This document shows, piece after piece, positions 39,480 to 53,180 of a stretch of DNA of 64,000 bases. The stretch spans positions 1,473,412 to 1,537,411 of the forward strand of contig MNCI01000520.1 in the NCBI GenBank assembly GCA_015680685.1, given 5' to 3'. Each line of letters starts with the position of its first letter. The stretch's first letter is position 1. The position numbers and the translations under genes were made by a program. Origin of the DNA: Gnetum montanum (taxonomy: Eukaryota > Plantae > Gnetophyta). The notes beneath the pieces are model-generated. The model saw nothing but the letters and a program-made list of their open reading frames with translations, made no database searches and was not told the origin of the DNA.

Positions 39480-39604
39480 CTATAGATGCATGAAAATCTA
39501 TACCAATTGCAAGTGCACAAAAATCTAGTGCAAGTGCCGGTGTGATTATGCTACAAGTTTCCCAAAGGTTTTACCAATGGTAGGTGCTCCAAAAGATCAG
39601 CAAC

Positions 39605-39800
39605 ATGCTAGTTTAAAGTTCTAGTAGACCATGAACCTTATTTAAGATCGTAGTGGACCATGATGTGCTAGCTTATAATCCTAGTAGACTGTTGGGTGCA
39701 AATTTAACATTGTAGTAGATGGTGGATGTTGTGCCAATTTAACATCATGATCCAAGGATGATTTGTGCTAGCTTATAGTCATGGTAGACTATCTATGCCA
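39605..39800 (-). repeat. Post-INT-type stem-loop array of D
   Basis: Reverse-complement units such as ggtc-tactag-aact-ttaaactag and ggtc-cactac-gatc-ttaaat. Confidence 0.75.
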
Positions 39801-40159
39801 ATTTGTGCATCATGTTGGATGAGTGCTTACCTTGCTTCAGTTACGTATGGTGCTGCATGCATAGCCATGTTGTGTGCCTACAAGATCCTACGAAATGCAA
39901 CTAGAAAAACAACATTATGGGACAACTATGTAACAAGGTTAATGTGCACAAGTGAAAGGAAAGTAATGTGAAAAGTGATAGTTTTGGGCTAGTCTAGGTC
40001 ATTGCTAGTTTAAGGCCATTTTGAGCCACATGTTTTTGTAGTTTTATGTTTTTTTGATTTTTATGTATTTTTGATGTTTTTCAAATGAAATGCATAGGCT
40101 AAGTGGATGGATGTGTAACCAAAATAGAAATGCATAAACAAAGCAAAGCAATGTATAAA

Positions 40160-43100
40160 CTAAGTAAGTAGTAAAAATATAAATGCATGAACAAATGCAA
40201 TGCAAGAGAAAATAAAAAATGCATGGCACATGGAGGCAAGGGGTAAGTAGGCACCTATTACATTTTTGGCCAAGGGAAAGTCTTGGTCGCATAGTTGCTT
40301 CTTAACTAGGAGTGGATTAGGGGGTGTGCAATGCTTAGAATCCTTTGGGAGGCTATTAGCTTCAACTGCTAATTCAAGTGTATCAACATTATGTAGTGCA
40401 TTGGTTGCTATAGATGCATCACCAAGAAATTCAACCTTTAACACTTGCTCCATATCTATGTTGTGGATAGCCAGATGGGAGACATTATCACTGTTGATGA
40501 TAACCTAACCGCCTTTGTATGGGAGATGGATTTCTTGATGGATTGGAGAGGAGATGACCCATAATTGAGCTAGCTAAGGCTGACCTAGGATTAGGTTGAA
40601 GCATGGAATCTCCTCTATGATTATGAAATATACAGAGGTAGGGAACTACTCCTCTACCATGAAGGCAATGTTGATTGTACCCCTAATGGTGATAGATGAT
40701 CCATTGAAGGATTTTAGACACATGATTTTGGTTGGCCTGATATCATTTGTCAGGCCTAGCTTGTCAATGATGGAGTGTAGAACCAAATTTCTTGCTACAT
40801 CATCATAAATGTGTAGCCTACAGATGGTGCATTGCCCAACAAATATGATAATTAACAATAGAGCTATTATGACCTCCCCTAATTCGGGGTTGAGCTTGAC
40901 TACTTCATCACAAAATGCTAGGGATGTTGAACTTGATTCTTGTGATGTAGGGGGTAACATTATTACATAGATGACATTCTCATCTGCAAGGATGTCCTCC
41001 ATAATAGGAATGAAGGCCAACATCTGGGCCAATGCTTGGCGATGAGTAGATGAGGGCATGACCAAGTCATTCAAGCTCAGTGTTGTGTTCTTTCACTTGA
41101 GTGTTTGCATCACATGGGCTAGTGTAGCTATGAAGGACATCAATTGCTATGTTGGTGTTGACCTCCTCCATGTGGCTTGAGAGATGGATCTCTCATGGAG
41201 GGGACTTGGGCTTAGCTTACTTGGCCTTCTTGGAGGTGGGGATCCTATTGTTCAGTTATTGCTTGCTGGTTGTGGCCTTTACTTTAGCCATGGTGGTTAC
41301 TTATTCATCCTTTGACATTGTAATTTTGCAGGCCTACTTGGGTTCCTAGTGGGGTCAACCCTTGAAGGAGGAGAGACCAAGACATTGCCCACTATTGGGC
41401 TTTGAGTAGGTGTAGGGCCATCATGTTATGGAAACATTATGACAAATGGTGGTTTAGGAGTTGTTGCGGGGCCAATTTGTTGTGGCATCTTGATGATGAA
41501 AGGTTTCTTAGTGGTTGTTGTTGCATTATGCTAGTTTAATGTCTTAGAAGATGGTTGGTTTGGTTCCCAATTTAACATCTTAGAGGATGATTACTATGGA
41601 ACCTTAACCACAAAGGGTGTTGTGGGTGTTTGTGGTGGCACTTTGATAACAAAGAAGGGCCACTTGCTTGTGGAGGCTAAGGGGATCCTTGCCTTCCTAG
41701 GAGCCATGTAGATCACACAAGGTTGTTATGCAGGTTTAGACTTGTCACATACACTGATAGAGTTTATGATATAGGGTGTGCCATCTACAATGGATTGGCT
41801 CACTGCATCAAGTACCAATTGGTCCTATTCTATCATTCTTTCCAAGTCATCTTGCAAAGTATGATAGTTATCAGTACTATGACTAGACATTTGGTGGTAA
41901 TGACTATATTATTCTAGCTTGATGTGTTGTAGGACTAGGGGCTCGTTTGGCACTACTAGGATAGGGTTCCTCAGAAGTTTGTAGTACCTATTGTGTTTTT
42001 GGTAGGTAGTCTCTAATACTTGTTTCTAAAAATTTGAAGGGTTTCATTGGTAGCGATGTATACTTTCACTAATTCTTACACTCAAACTTGGACCTTGGGG
42101 AATCCCCTACTGATGTAGGCAAGTTGGTGGCTTTGTGAGCTAGGGCCTTGGGCTTCTTAGCCATTGGGCCTTGGTTGGTTACTTTTGTGCTTGTGGCTAC
42201 TATTGCCACTATTGCATTTTTCTTGCATGCATGTTGGTTTCTATAGGCCACATAGGCCAAGTCATTGCTAGCTTATGCTATCTCCTCTATGGCCTTTGTT
42301 TTGGCAAGGCTTGGCAAATAGACTTTAGGGCTAGGTAATATAGTTTGGACTTGATGAAGTTGTTCAATGCATCCTTGAAGATGGCCAGTAGGTGCATGTC
42401 TGCAAGGGATTCATATGTTTAACTCAATGCAACATTCTAGTGTTGGAAGAATTTTGGCATGGGCTTTAGGGCCCCTGCTTAACTTGCATGAACTAGTTGA
42501 AGGTTGCTTCAAGCTTTAGGTTATACCTGAAGCATGTCACAAACTAGCTTATGAGATCCTTCAAAGAAGAGATTGGAGCCTTGGGTAGCGCATGATACTA
42601 GTCTAAGGCTTTTCTAGTGAGTGACATGGGGAAGACATGCATGATGACATGTGGCCAGACTTGAAGGAGTAGGCACTCAAATCAAAATGTAACCAAGTGT
42701 GCATTGGGATCTCCTCCACTATTGTACTTGGTGAGTTGAGGCACCAAGAACCTAGTTGGAAGAGTCAAGGGTGGGACCATAGGACTTATGGGATCATCTT
42801 AGTAGAAGTCCACCGCCTTGATGATTTCAAAAAAGGTAGTTTTGAGTTAGTTGATCTCCTCTGTCAAACTTTGGATTGGCTAGAGTGCTTGATCCAAGCT
42901 TGGGGATGTGTTAGCTGGTTGCATTGGCTAGGCTTGTGTTGGTTGTACAACATAGGGTTGGATTATTGGTTGTGAAGTTTTCTAGTTTAATGTCGTACTA
43001 GACGATCATTGCTAGTTGAACGTTGTAGTGGATAGGTTTAGTTGATGTGTTGGTTGAGGGATGGGTGTGGTAATCGAGGTGGGCCACATATGAGTGGGTT

Positions 43101-43674
43101 GGATGGATGCCATGGACATTGATGAGACAAGTGGGATGTAGGATTCCTGAATCATTTAGGGTTGGAAGGTGGCCCTTGCATGAGCATAGGGTTGGGCAAA
43201 TGCAATGGTCTCTTACAAGAAAGGATGAATTGACATGGTCACCATCTCAGAGAGGATGGGTGGACCAAACTGAGGAAGGGCCATACTAGGGAGCAATTGC
43301 TGGAAGACAATGTAGAGGAAGCTTGCATGTTTAGAGTAGGTCTCAAACTCATCTTCTTCCTTCAGTGAGGCTTCCTCGTTGCTTGTCCTTGCATCATGCT
43401 CATTTGCATGGATGAGTTGGGACAATAGCTAGTGGTAAGACTCTGTGAGTGGGATTATGTCAAACATGGAGGGGTTGTACTCTTGTCCATCCTAGTGGAC
43501 TCGTTCATAGTCATATTTTGTCTCCAAGTCAAGGTAATCCAGTGGTAATCCTACTTGGATTTTGGCATGGAAAAAATTGTATTGTTTGTGGCTTAGCGCA
43601 ACACACTTTGGGTGGATCGTAATGTCAAATGTGTTAGACACCAACATGGAAGGTTGATCTAGATTCATGTTCAT
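40160..43674 (-). pseudogene. gag: gag-protease of D
   Basis: TKYNSGGDPNAHLV, capsid remnants, and a protease region (CRLHIYDD..N, KSFNGS, FNLILG) homologous to A1 and A2. Confidence 0.85.
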
Positions 43675-43699
43675 AGATTGGGTTGTGAGTGTTGTTGAG

Positions 43700-43980
43700 A
43701 AAAATAGCTAAGTATAAAAACTGTAGGAAAATGACTAAGTATAAAAATGTAGAAAAATGACTAAGTGTAAAAATTTAGAAAAATGGCTAAGTTTGGGAGT
43801 TGCAAAAAATTAACTAAGTATAAAACTGTAGAAAATTGGCTAAGTATGAAACTATGGAAATTTGGCTAAGTATGGAAATGTAGAAAAAACTGCTAAGTAT
43901 AAAAATGTAGAAAAAATGTTAAGTATGGAAGTGCAGAAAAAAATGCTAACTATGAAAGCTATAAAAAATGGCTAACTTTG
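43700..43980. repeat. ~29-30 bp tandem repeat (about 10 copies) in the 5' UTR of D
   Basis: Unit approximately AAAAATGGCTAAGTATAAAAA(C)TGTAG. Confidence 0.85.
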
Positions 43981-44292
43981 GTGCTACACTTGCTATGTTA
44001 GAGCCAAGTACACTCTCTACATTGAGATCCATTTTTACTTTCTTAAGCACATAAAATTTTGATTGAGTGCTAACAATACACTTTAGCTTTCATCCAATGG
44101 GGCTCTAGGGGAACTGACAACTGTGTCCAATCTTACATCAACCAACTCATAGACAACTCCTACGATAGCCTATGATCTAGCTACTGCTGTGGTAGGTCTA
44201 CAAGGGTGTCAAGTCTATGCTAGCCTAAAGCTAGTAATGGAGGTGTAGAGATCATGTAGGACTACCACTGAATGTAGAAGGAAATGGCATGA

Positions 44293-44309
44293 CCCTTCTT
44301 CTAGCACTA
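44293..44309 (-). other. Primer-binding site, tRNA-Asn (D)
   Basis: Reverse complement TAGTGCTAGAAGAAGGG, next to the LTR end. Confidence 0.75.
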
Positions 44310-44314
44310 AAAAA

Positions 44315-45263
44315 TATACCAACTAAAAATGTTGGTGGTTGTAGCACCAAGGGATTTTTAGGTGTATAGCCTAACCCTACGCCTCTACGAGGGCCTTGGT
44401 GGAGGTGGAGATGAGGTGCTCTAAATAGTCTTGTCAATCAAATAGGGACTTTGCTAGTCTTGGTGCTACATTTTCTATATTGGTTGCTAAAATGTCACGT
44501 GGTAGTGCAGTAGGTAGGGCTACAATCTGGGATATTTGGGAAGAGCGTAGCACTAATGCTTAGAGAAATTTACTGAAGTTGATGTTCCCATGCAAGGTAC
44601 ACTAGATATGCTCTAGAGCATAGCACCAGGAGTTAGAAAATTTTCCAATCTGTTTCTTTCATCTCAAGCTAGCTTGATAGCTCCTAGCATGACACTTAGG
44701 GAAATTGGCCACTAAAGTGCATGCTATGCTAGCTACACTCTAGAGAATAGTAGGGAGAATGGAAGCATAGAACAACACTTATAAAAATTCTGCAAAATTG
44801 GCCATTTGTGTGTTGACTACACTAGCTATGCTCTAGAGCATAGCAACTATAGTGTAGAGCATAGCAACTACAGTGTTGAGGGTAGCGACTATAGTGGTGA
44901 ACATATCAGCTATAGTGTTGAGCATATTACAACACTTAGAAAAATATAGTGGATTTAGATTGGTAGTGAAAACTACTTTGACCATGCTCTAGAGCATTGT
45001 CCCAGTAGTGGGAGCACAGTCCAACACTTAGAAAAATTTGTAGCTATGACCTCATCTAGATACTTAGCCAAAATTGTAGAAGATTGGTCGCTGAAGCTGG
45101 ATATGCTCTACTATACTGGAGAGTGTAATCCCATCACTTAGAAAAATTTGCAGAAAGTGTCATCATTCTAACACTTAGAAAAGTTTTGGCAAAGTGCCAC
45201 CATTTTAACACTTAGCAAAATTTGTAGTCAAGAAGTGGTAGCCCAAATTTTTGTGGTGTGTCA
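44315..45263 (-). repeat. 5' LTR of D with a ~700 bp internal deletion
   Basis: 44315-44460 aligns with 11924-12065, and 44510-45263 aligns with 12820-13583. Confidence 0.8.
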
Positions 45264-47559
45264 TAGACAACATGAATTAAATGTATATACTATAGAACAT
45301 GTGCATAATAAATAAATACATAAATATAGAAATTAATAAGAACATGCTTGCCTTGCATCCTAAGTAAACCAAAAGGCTCTAAAACATGAAATACCATTAA
45401 CTTAACAAATTGAGGTATGTAACATGAAGTATGACTCAATCAAACATCCAATCCATAATTAGAATATGTAGGAAAAAGATAACAGTGGAAAGAAATAGTC
45501 TTGGTTAAACCATTAGGCTCATCAATTTGTAATCACATAAATGAAAAACCAATTAACCACCTTATGTCATGCAACCACCACCATCCTAGGAGAGAAGTTT
45601 GAGCTCACTCACTCACAATGCCAAGTAATTAAGGATTCACAAGTGGGTCATTTTCATAATATGAACATATCATTCTTATGCATTTAAAGCATGCTGATGG
45701 GAAACCATTGATTTCTAGAAACTAGTGAGACATCAATATCAAATGTGATTTTATACCCTTAGATGATCAAATCTCATCCTCTTCTCTACTTGATTAACTT
45801 CCTACCACATACAATAATGGATGAGAATGGAAAGGAAGAGATGAAGGATGAATGATGGGCAAGAGAGAAAAGGAAAGAGTTCAACATCATTAGATCCTTA
45901 GCCAACCATTCAATTAGATCATTGGAGCATATGGAGCATATGATCACATTATACACCCTACGAAAGATCCATTATTTCATCCCTTAACTTCTACTTATCT
46001 ACATAATAAGGATAGAGCTTTGATTTTTCTTTTAAAGTGCAAGGTCATAGTCACTAGTAATAGTGTCATCTAGCCTTAATTCTTCTATAGTGTAATCATG
46101 GTGAAACTAAAGTAAGATGACATGTCATAGATCATATTGAAGTCAATATTTTGGTTTGTTTTTCTTACAACCGTAAGCATATGCATAGGTTTGCTAAATT
46201 TTACTTTACCAAAAACCCCTTGTTAGTCCCTCTGGGTATGCTAACATAGATCCTAATCCCAATAGTGATTACAAGATCATGACCAAGAAATTTGAATTCC
46301 CATGAAAGGATATGATCATGATTGAGATTAAGGGTTATGATCTTAGCCCTTAATGAATTCAACATTTTCATGAAAGTAACATTTGACATTACTAAAACTC
46401 ACAAAGAGAGAGACTTCTAGGCCTTTATGGCCATGGAGAATGAGAAAAAGATTTTAAAAGTTAAGTGATTAAGATAACAAGATAAACATGAGATATGCTT
46501 TTCATGAATATTAGTTTAATCTTTATTTTAATCTTAATTAAGAAATTAAAAGATTATTTGATGATGGTAATAGTACCAATTTGCAGGGAGTGATAAGCTT
46601 AGTGTTGCATTGCTTTTCCCATCATTGATTCTTCTCATCATTATTTTTTTTATTTTTTATTTTCTCTTATTTTTCTTTTCTTTCCTCTAGTTTCTTTTCC
46701 TTTTCATGTTTTCTTTCTTTCATGAAGAGAGAGGTCTATGAATAGTGATTGATTACAGTGCCAGATTATCACTTGGAGTCTTTGACTTGCATGAGCATGA
46801 TAATTCATTCCTTACCACATAGCATGTATAGATTCATAAGGATTAGGAATCACTTCTAACTAGGATGACTAAGCATGACAAGCAAATGCCCCTTGGTCCA
46901 ATCATACTATTTAGACCCATCTAGTGATTACAAGGATTCTTGATGACACATCCTTTCATTTCTAGTAACCAAGAAATCATCTAGGATTTTGGATCTCACA
47001 CCCTAAGGTGTGAATCCATCCCCCATCCATGGTTCCAATAGCATTACTTCAATAACTCATAGTGTAAATTCTAGCTTCCTACTAAATCTAGGTCTAGATC
47101 AACATTGTTGTATAGAAGAAAAAGTGGTCAATGAATTCCATTATGTGGGCATTCCATCAATCAAGAGTTCACTTTAGATTAATTTGACACTCTCATATCA
47201 TCATCACATATACAACTCAACCATACACCATTGGATTATTAGGTGAGCATTCATAAAGCATATTAATTGGTTTTCCCACACATACACAAACATCCTTAAA
47301 GAAAAGAAAGTATCATAAATGATTAATCATTAGTCTAAAAAATGTAAAATTACTAACTAAACATATCAACTTTATTAAAATAGAAACAAAATATTAGAAA
47401 AGAAAGAAAATTTGATATGGCATGGAGGATTCCTCCCTTATGCCTAATCCATGTCTATCATCTAATAGACCTCTAAGTGTAAAATACAAGATTAATCATT
47501 ATGTAATCTTAGAGGAAAATAATATTCTCTCTAGTTCTTTAGGTATTATCCATTAACCA

Positions 47560-50500
47560 AAAAAATTTTATTTAGCTCATCTAGATGGTAAATATATGCT
47601 ATGCCAAATTGGTAACTGGTATGAAAGATGTAGGATTCTACCCATTGAAATTCAAACTTTCCAAAATAGAATAAGTGTAATAGATTGAAATAGAAAAAAA
47701 TATCCCTGCATTTGAAATCAAACTATATTGCATGAATATCATGGTGAGCCTTGGTGTAGGAATGCTTTAAATTGTTACACATTCATGTAGTTTTGCAATT
47801 ATTATTGAGAATATTAAGATTGATCAAACTCTCTTTCTATGCAAAGTCTACCACACTATCCAAGGTTTTAATTTCATGATTAATGAGTATTCATGGAACC
47901 TATTCATATACTAGCTTGAACTAGGAGTAGCTAATAGGATTTTTCATGGCACTCAATAGGCCCAAATAGCATTATTAAGCTTATTAACCTAGTCTCTTTT
48001 GTACCTACTAACCATTTTGTTGAGTATTTTAACAATATCACAATTAGTAACTTTTTCTTAGCTATTGGTTTGCAGGTGATAAGGAGAATTCAATTTATGT
48101 TTCAATCCACAAGATTTCAATATTTTCTTAAAAACCTTACTAGTAAAGTGCGTGTCATTATTAGAGATCAAAATGTAAGGAATGCCAAACTTGTAAAGTA
48201 TATATTATTTTGAAGGAAGTTCACTATAGTGGTAGATAAATAATCCTTAATAGAAGTAGCTTCCATTCACTTATGCAATAGTCTGTGCATATAATGATGT
48301 ATACTTTATCATTAGAGATTAGAGAGATTAAACCAATGAAGTTAAGCTACCACACACCGAAGGGCTCTAGTAGTTCGATCCATTATTGCGATTCCTTCAT
48401 ACATGCAGATATATCTCCCTCATGTTGACACTTGTCCTAGTAGCATATGAAGTTTTGTGCATCATGAAGCATGGTGGTCAAAAATATCTCACACGTAGCC
48501 ACTTCATCATGGTTCTCTTTCTAAAATAGTGGCCACAACATACACCATGGTATACATGGGCCAAGATGGTATCTTGGATTTCTTTGAAAGCACACAACCT
48601 TATAAGGCCATTGCAACATCTCTTGTAAAGATTCCCTTTTATAATAAAGTAAGGCTTTACTTGGTATTGGAATCATTGGAACTTTTGTTTATCCCACCTA
48701 GGAAGAATCTTCTAGAGCACTAGCTATTTGATAATGTCTTACTATTTGTAGTCACATCCATTATTTAAGTTAAAAATGACCTTACAAATATGATTATTTA
48801 GAAAGTCATTAAAAAACGCACCTTCCCATTTGTTGTCAATTCAAAATTGTGAAAATTCTTTTTCCACCACATTTTTATCTCCCTTTCAATTGATCATGTG
48901 AAGATTAAACTCTTGGAAAAGAACTAGCCATCAAATCACCTAAGGAATAACATCTAGTTTGTTCATAAGAAACTGAATGGTAATATAATTAGTATGGACA
49001 AAGAGTTTTCACCTATGAACATAATGCCTAAATTTTGATTGTGTAAGAATGATAGTCATTAACTCTTTTTCATTGGTGATGTAATTCAATTGTGGCTCCA
49101 CAATGCTTCGACTAGCATACTGGACGTACTAGGGCCTCTTTTTTTCATTGAACTACATTAGCATGACATCTAATGCAAAGTTAGAAGCATCTATCATTAT
49201 ATGAAATGATTGAGCCTAGTTAGGACTTTGCAACACCATAGTATAGGTTAGTCTTTCCTTCAAATATTGAAAGATATTTTCACATTCTTACTCCATAGAA
49301 ATGAAACATCTTTCTTCATGAACTTAAATAGACATCTAGCTATTCTAGAAAAATATTTAAGGAATCTACAATAATAGCTTGTGTATCTAAGGAAAGTTCA
49401 CACCTATTTAACTATCGTGAAAATTTTCATCATGTTTTCAAAAATGGAGATCTTATTTGAATCAAATTAAATTTTGTTCTTGAAAACTTTGTGGTCAAGA
49501 ATTATGTCCTTAGTCAGTGTCAACTAGCTTTTCTTCTCGTATAGCTTTAGGTTTACCTGGTAGCAATTTTGTATAATAGCTTTGAGCTAATCCAAGACCT
49601 TCTAAAATGTTTTTTCATATTTGAGAAAGTCATCTAAGAAGATCTTCATAATCTTGCCAATTTAATCTTTAAACATTAATATCACTAATCATTGAAATGT
49701 ACCTAGTACATTGCATAACCAAAAGATCATGCACTTGAAGGTAAAAGTTTATTATGAATAAATGAAGGTACTTTTTACTTAATCCTATGTTATGATATTG
49801 ATCTAATTATAACTAGAGTACCCATTAAGAAGCTATAGTACTTATGACCAAGCATATTAGACAATACCTATTCAAAAATGATAACAGAAAATGGTCCTTA
49901 AAGATGGAAACATTTAAAAACTTGTAGTCAATACAACCTCTTCATTCATTGCCTTTCTTTTGTCAAATTATAGTTGGACTAACCCACTCACTATCTCAAA
50001 TGGATGTGATGAAATCAGCCCACAAGAGATAAAAAATTTTATTTTTCATTATGTACTACATGTTAGGATTGAGGCTTTGTAGAAACATACACTAAGGTCT
50101 AAAATATATGTCGTGTTAACATATATATAATTAAATTCACATAAGTTCATCATGGGACTAGATAAAGGCTATTCTCCACTTCAAAACTACCTTTGTCAAT
50201 TGAATATTTTTGATGATCATCAAAGTAGAATTGATGATAATAGGATGACCATCAATGAGGAATAGGTACTTCAAGCTCTTTGGAAGTGGCTTGAGTTCCA
50301 ACAATGGTGTGAAAATATTTTGGGATACATTAAGAATGCTCCAAAATTTAGGATTAAAATGTGCCATTGTGGTAGTTCCAATTCTATTCTCTAATTTCCA
50401 ATTAGATGATTTAGCATTGGATAGGATGAGAGAGTCAATTATTCTTTTCAAGACATGATTTATGTCTTCATAGCCTAAACATTCTTTAAGGTAATTAACA

Positions 50501-51800
50501 TCCCTAATGACATAGAGATATTCAATGATACAAAAATTAAAACCATGCTTACCATAGTACTAGGAAAGATTGCATGAGATTCTCTTATAATATGTCTTCC
50601 TAATCTCATCTTTCCTACTAATTTCAAGGTGAAGATCTTAGAAGATTAACCTAGAATCAATAGTGCTCTTATAGGCTCTATCCATAATGATAGGGAAGCT
50701 ATCTTCTGCCTTGTTCTCTAGTTTGATCATCAAGAAGTTTGTAGGATAAAACCATTACACCAATGTTATTACTACATCATTTACCTATTCCATGGGATAT
50801 GTGTAGGATTGATGTACCAGATCCAAACAAATATTAGTACTTTGAGAGGAGGAAGTTTTCAATCAAGATATTGATATAATGAAATGACGTTAACTTCTGA
50901 ACTAGAGTTGTAGAGAGCTAGGCAAATACCCTTCTCACCAAATTAGATCTCCACCATGGGATTCTTAAGATTTATGTTTTTGGGAAATATGACTTTCTTT
51001 TACTACTTCTGTGGCTACCTTGGACATGGTAATGATCACAACACCACTACAATGAGGTGCCATCTTATCTAGTGTGCTAGATATTATTGAAGAACTTCTT
51101 TCAAAAGTGGATGTTTCATTTTTATAGCATTCAAGGAATGGTACTAGGACCTCCTCAATGTGGATACCCAAGGAATATGAATAGCTTTATTGACTTCATG
51201 ATAGTCACCCAAGTCAAATAATGGAGCATCATCATCACTGAATGATGTAGATACATGTAGATGCTAGAATCTAAAGAGTATATTAGCATTAGCAGTTTTG
51301 ATTGCACCATGATAAGTGGTTTCTGATCATGAGCCTTTGTGGTAGATGGACCCTTTTTCTTTGTTATCTACTTTATGATTCTCCTCTCCATTTGAATGGT
51401 CAATTGGAAAGCTACAATAAGTCTCACCTACTACCCTTTGGTCTCATAACTTTTACATTTTATGGGGTTTGTAGTCATTATACGTTGGCTTTAAAGCCAC
51501 ATAAAATGAATAATCATCCTCCAGGTTAATGTTGACCAAGGTCTTTTTAAGACCATGTGATCTAGCTTCAGACAACTTCTTAGAGAACTATGCATAAGAT
51601 TCAAGTCACCTCCCTTACTTATCTTGGTGATAAGTCAAAAAACTAGTGGTAGGGTCATATCCATTTAGTTTTTATATGTGATAGAAGGCCCCCTTCATTT
51701 TATCATATTTTCCTTGCCAAAGGTCTTGACATGCTTTGAGTGTTATCTTTCATATCGTTTGTGTTTGAAACCAATACATAAAACTAAGGAAATACATATT
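47560..51800 (-). pseudogene. pol: Heavily decayed Athila-like gag-pol (PR-RT-RH-INT, no aRH)
   Basis: On the - strand: LELKPLPKSLKYLFL, DSEWVSP, KDHF, KIFLDDF (~49626-49646), FHIMIDASNFA, YASR...QLNYITNEKEL, GIPYILISNNDTHF, SPYHLQTN. Confidence 0.85.
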
Positions 51801-51863
51801 CAAGTTTGAAAATATTAAGATAAAAAAATTTCCAAGTATTTTAAAGCAATGCATTAACATCTT

Positions 51864-51880
51864 TCTTAGAAACAACACCA
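51864..51880 (-). other. Degenerate PBS, probably tRNA-Asp type (Athila-like)
   Basis: Reverse complement TGGTGTTGTTTCTAAGA versus TGGCGCCGTTGCCGGGGA; most differences are C>T or G>A. Lies 1 nt from an LTR end ...CCCCTATCA. Confidence 0.55.
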
Positions 51881-51881
51881 A

Positions 51882-53180
51882 TGATAGGGGTTTTTCTCAT
51901 CATGACCAATTGGATTATATCATATAGAATGTGATGTGATGCAGTCATAAGCTTCAAAGGTGATGTTGAGTCGATTGCCATGAATAATTATCTATATTAT
52001 TACATTTAATAAATACAAAATAGATTATAGTACATATCATACAATGAAAACCCACGTTACCATGATCTAAGAAGAAAGAATATATTTATAATTTAATATT
52101 TTATTATGAATTTTATTTTTTTAGAATAAAAAAATAATAAACATACATGCATCATAATCCATTGTAGAGGCACATGTAATCCCTTATGAGATAGGTGTAA
52201 TAATACATACAAAAATTAATAAATAGCTTCTAATCATAACCTCAATGGCTTAATATATTACCATAGAGTTATAACCTACCTAGATAATGATGAATTATTG
52301 TAGCTTAATGAAACAAAAATGGAATAAATAATTTTAGCATTTTACTATCTAAGCATCAACAATATGAAGAAAATGGAAACCCATGAGATTTATTCACTAT
52401 GCAAACACTAAATTGCATATCAACCAAATTTTTCTAGCCTACATAAGCAAGGTATTACTTTGACAAAGTCTAGTCACACTTGTGAGAATGATGAAGTAAA
52501 AAAAACATACAAAAAATAAAGGGAATCAACTTACTTGTAGAAGGAAGATTTGTTCACATAAAATTAATATCAAAAGCCCAAATGGAATTCTTAAAATATC
52601 TAAGATATGTATGAAAGCTTATCCTAGGTATTTATAGTTCTTCAAATGTAATGATATATTTCTCCAATGCCCAAGAATTAACAAAGGTTCTTCAACACAA
52701 CCTAGGTTAACCTTGATTATGCCCAAATATCAAATAGGTCAAGCAAGGCTTGGTAGAGGGTGCATCAACACCCCTACACTGATGTAGGATAGTTAGGTAA
52801 ATATATTAGTGAACCATCCCAAATCATACTTTCAACTACCAATACTAAGTAAAAGCTAGAATTCAAGGAAATATGTCAAAAGTATCATAGGATGTTTGAA
52901 TGAAACAGAAAATATTCTAAGAAATCCAAAACATGTACACAACCTTAAAACATGACATAAGAGATGAGGATGTAAACCAAGAAGACATAAATCTCAACTA
53001 AACATGTTAGAACTATAAATATAGGACATATGAAATACTTATTGAGTCTATGAATTATACTTACAAAATGCCATTGGATAACCCATCAGAACTTCCAAAA
53101 ATGAAGTAGCATACTATCTAAATATCCCAAAAAATTTAAAGATTTTCAATAAAATATGATGGATCCTATATACTAAATTT
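51882..53180 (-). repeat. Probable 5' LTR of the Athila-like element
   Basis: Colinear with 10587-11760. Right end uncertain. Confidence 0.6.

Larger units (their letters stand above)
11924..45263 (-). mobile_element. Non-autonomous Tat-type element D (gag-pro only), host of A1
   Basis: Termini are TG...CA. Perfect 5-bp TSD TAGAC at 11919-11923 and 45264-45268. Has paired LTRs, PBS and gag-pro. Confidence 0.9.
10587..53180 (-). mobile_element. Old Athila-like Ty3/Gypsy element, interrupted by element D (11924-45263)
   Basis: Paired diverged LTRs (~10587-11880 and ~51882-53180), a deaminated tRNA-Asp-type PBS and Athila-type pol motifs. Right boundary is approximate. Confidence 0.7.
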
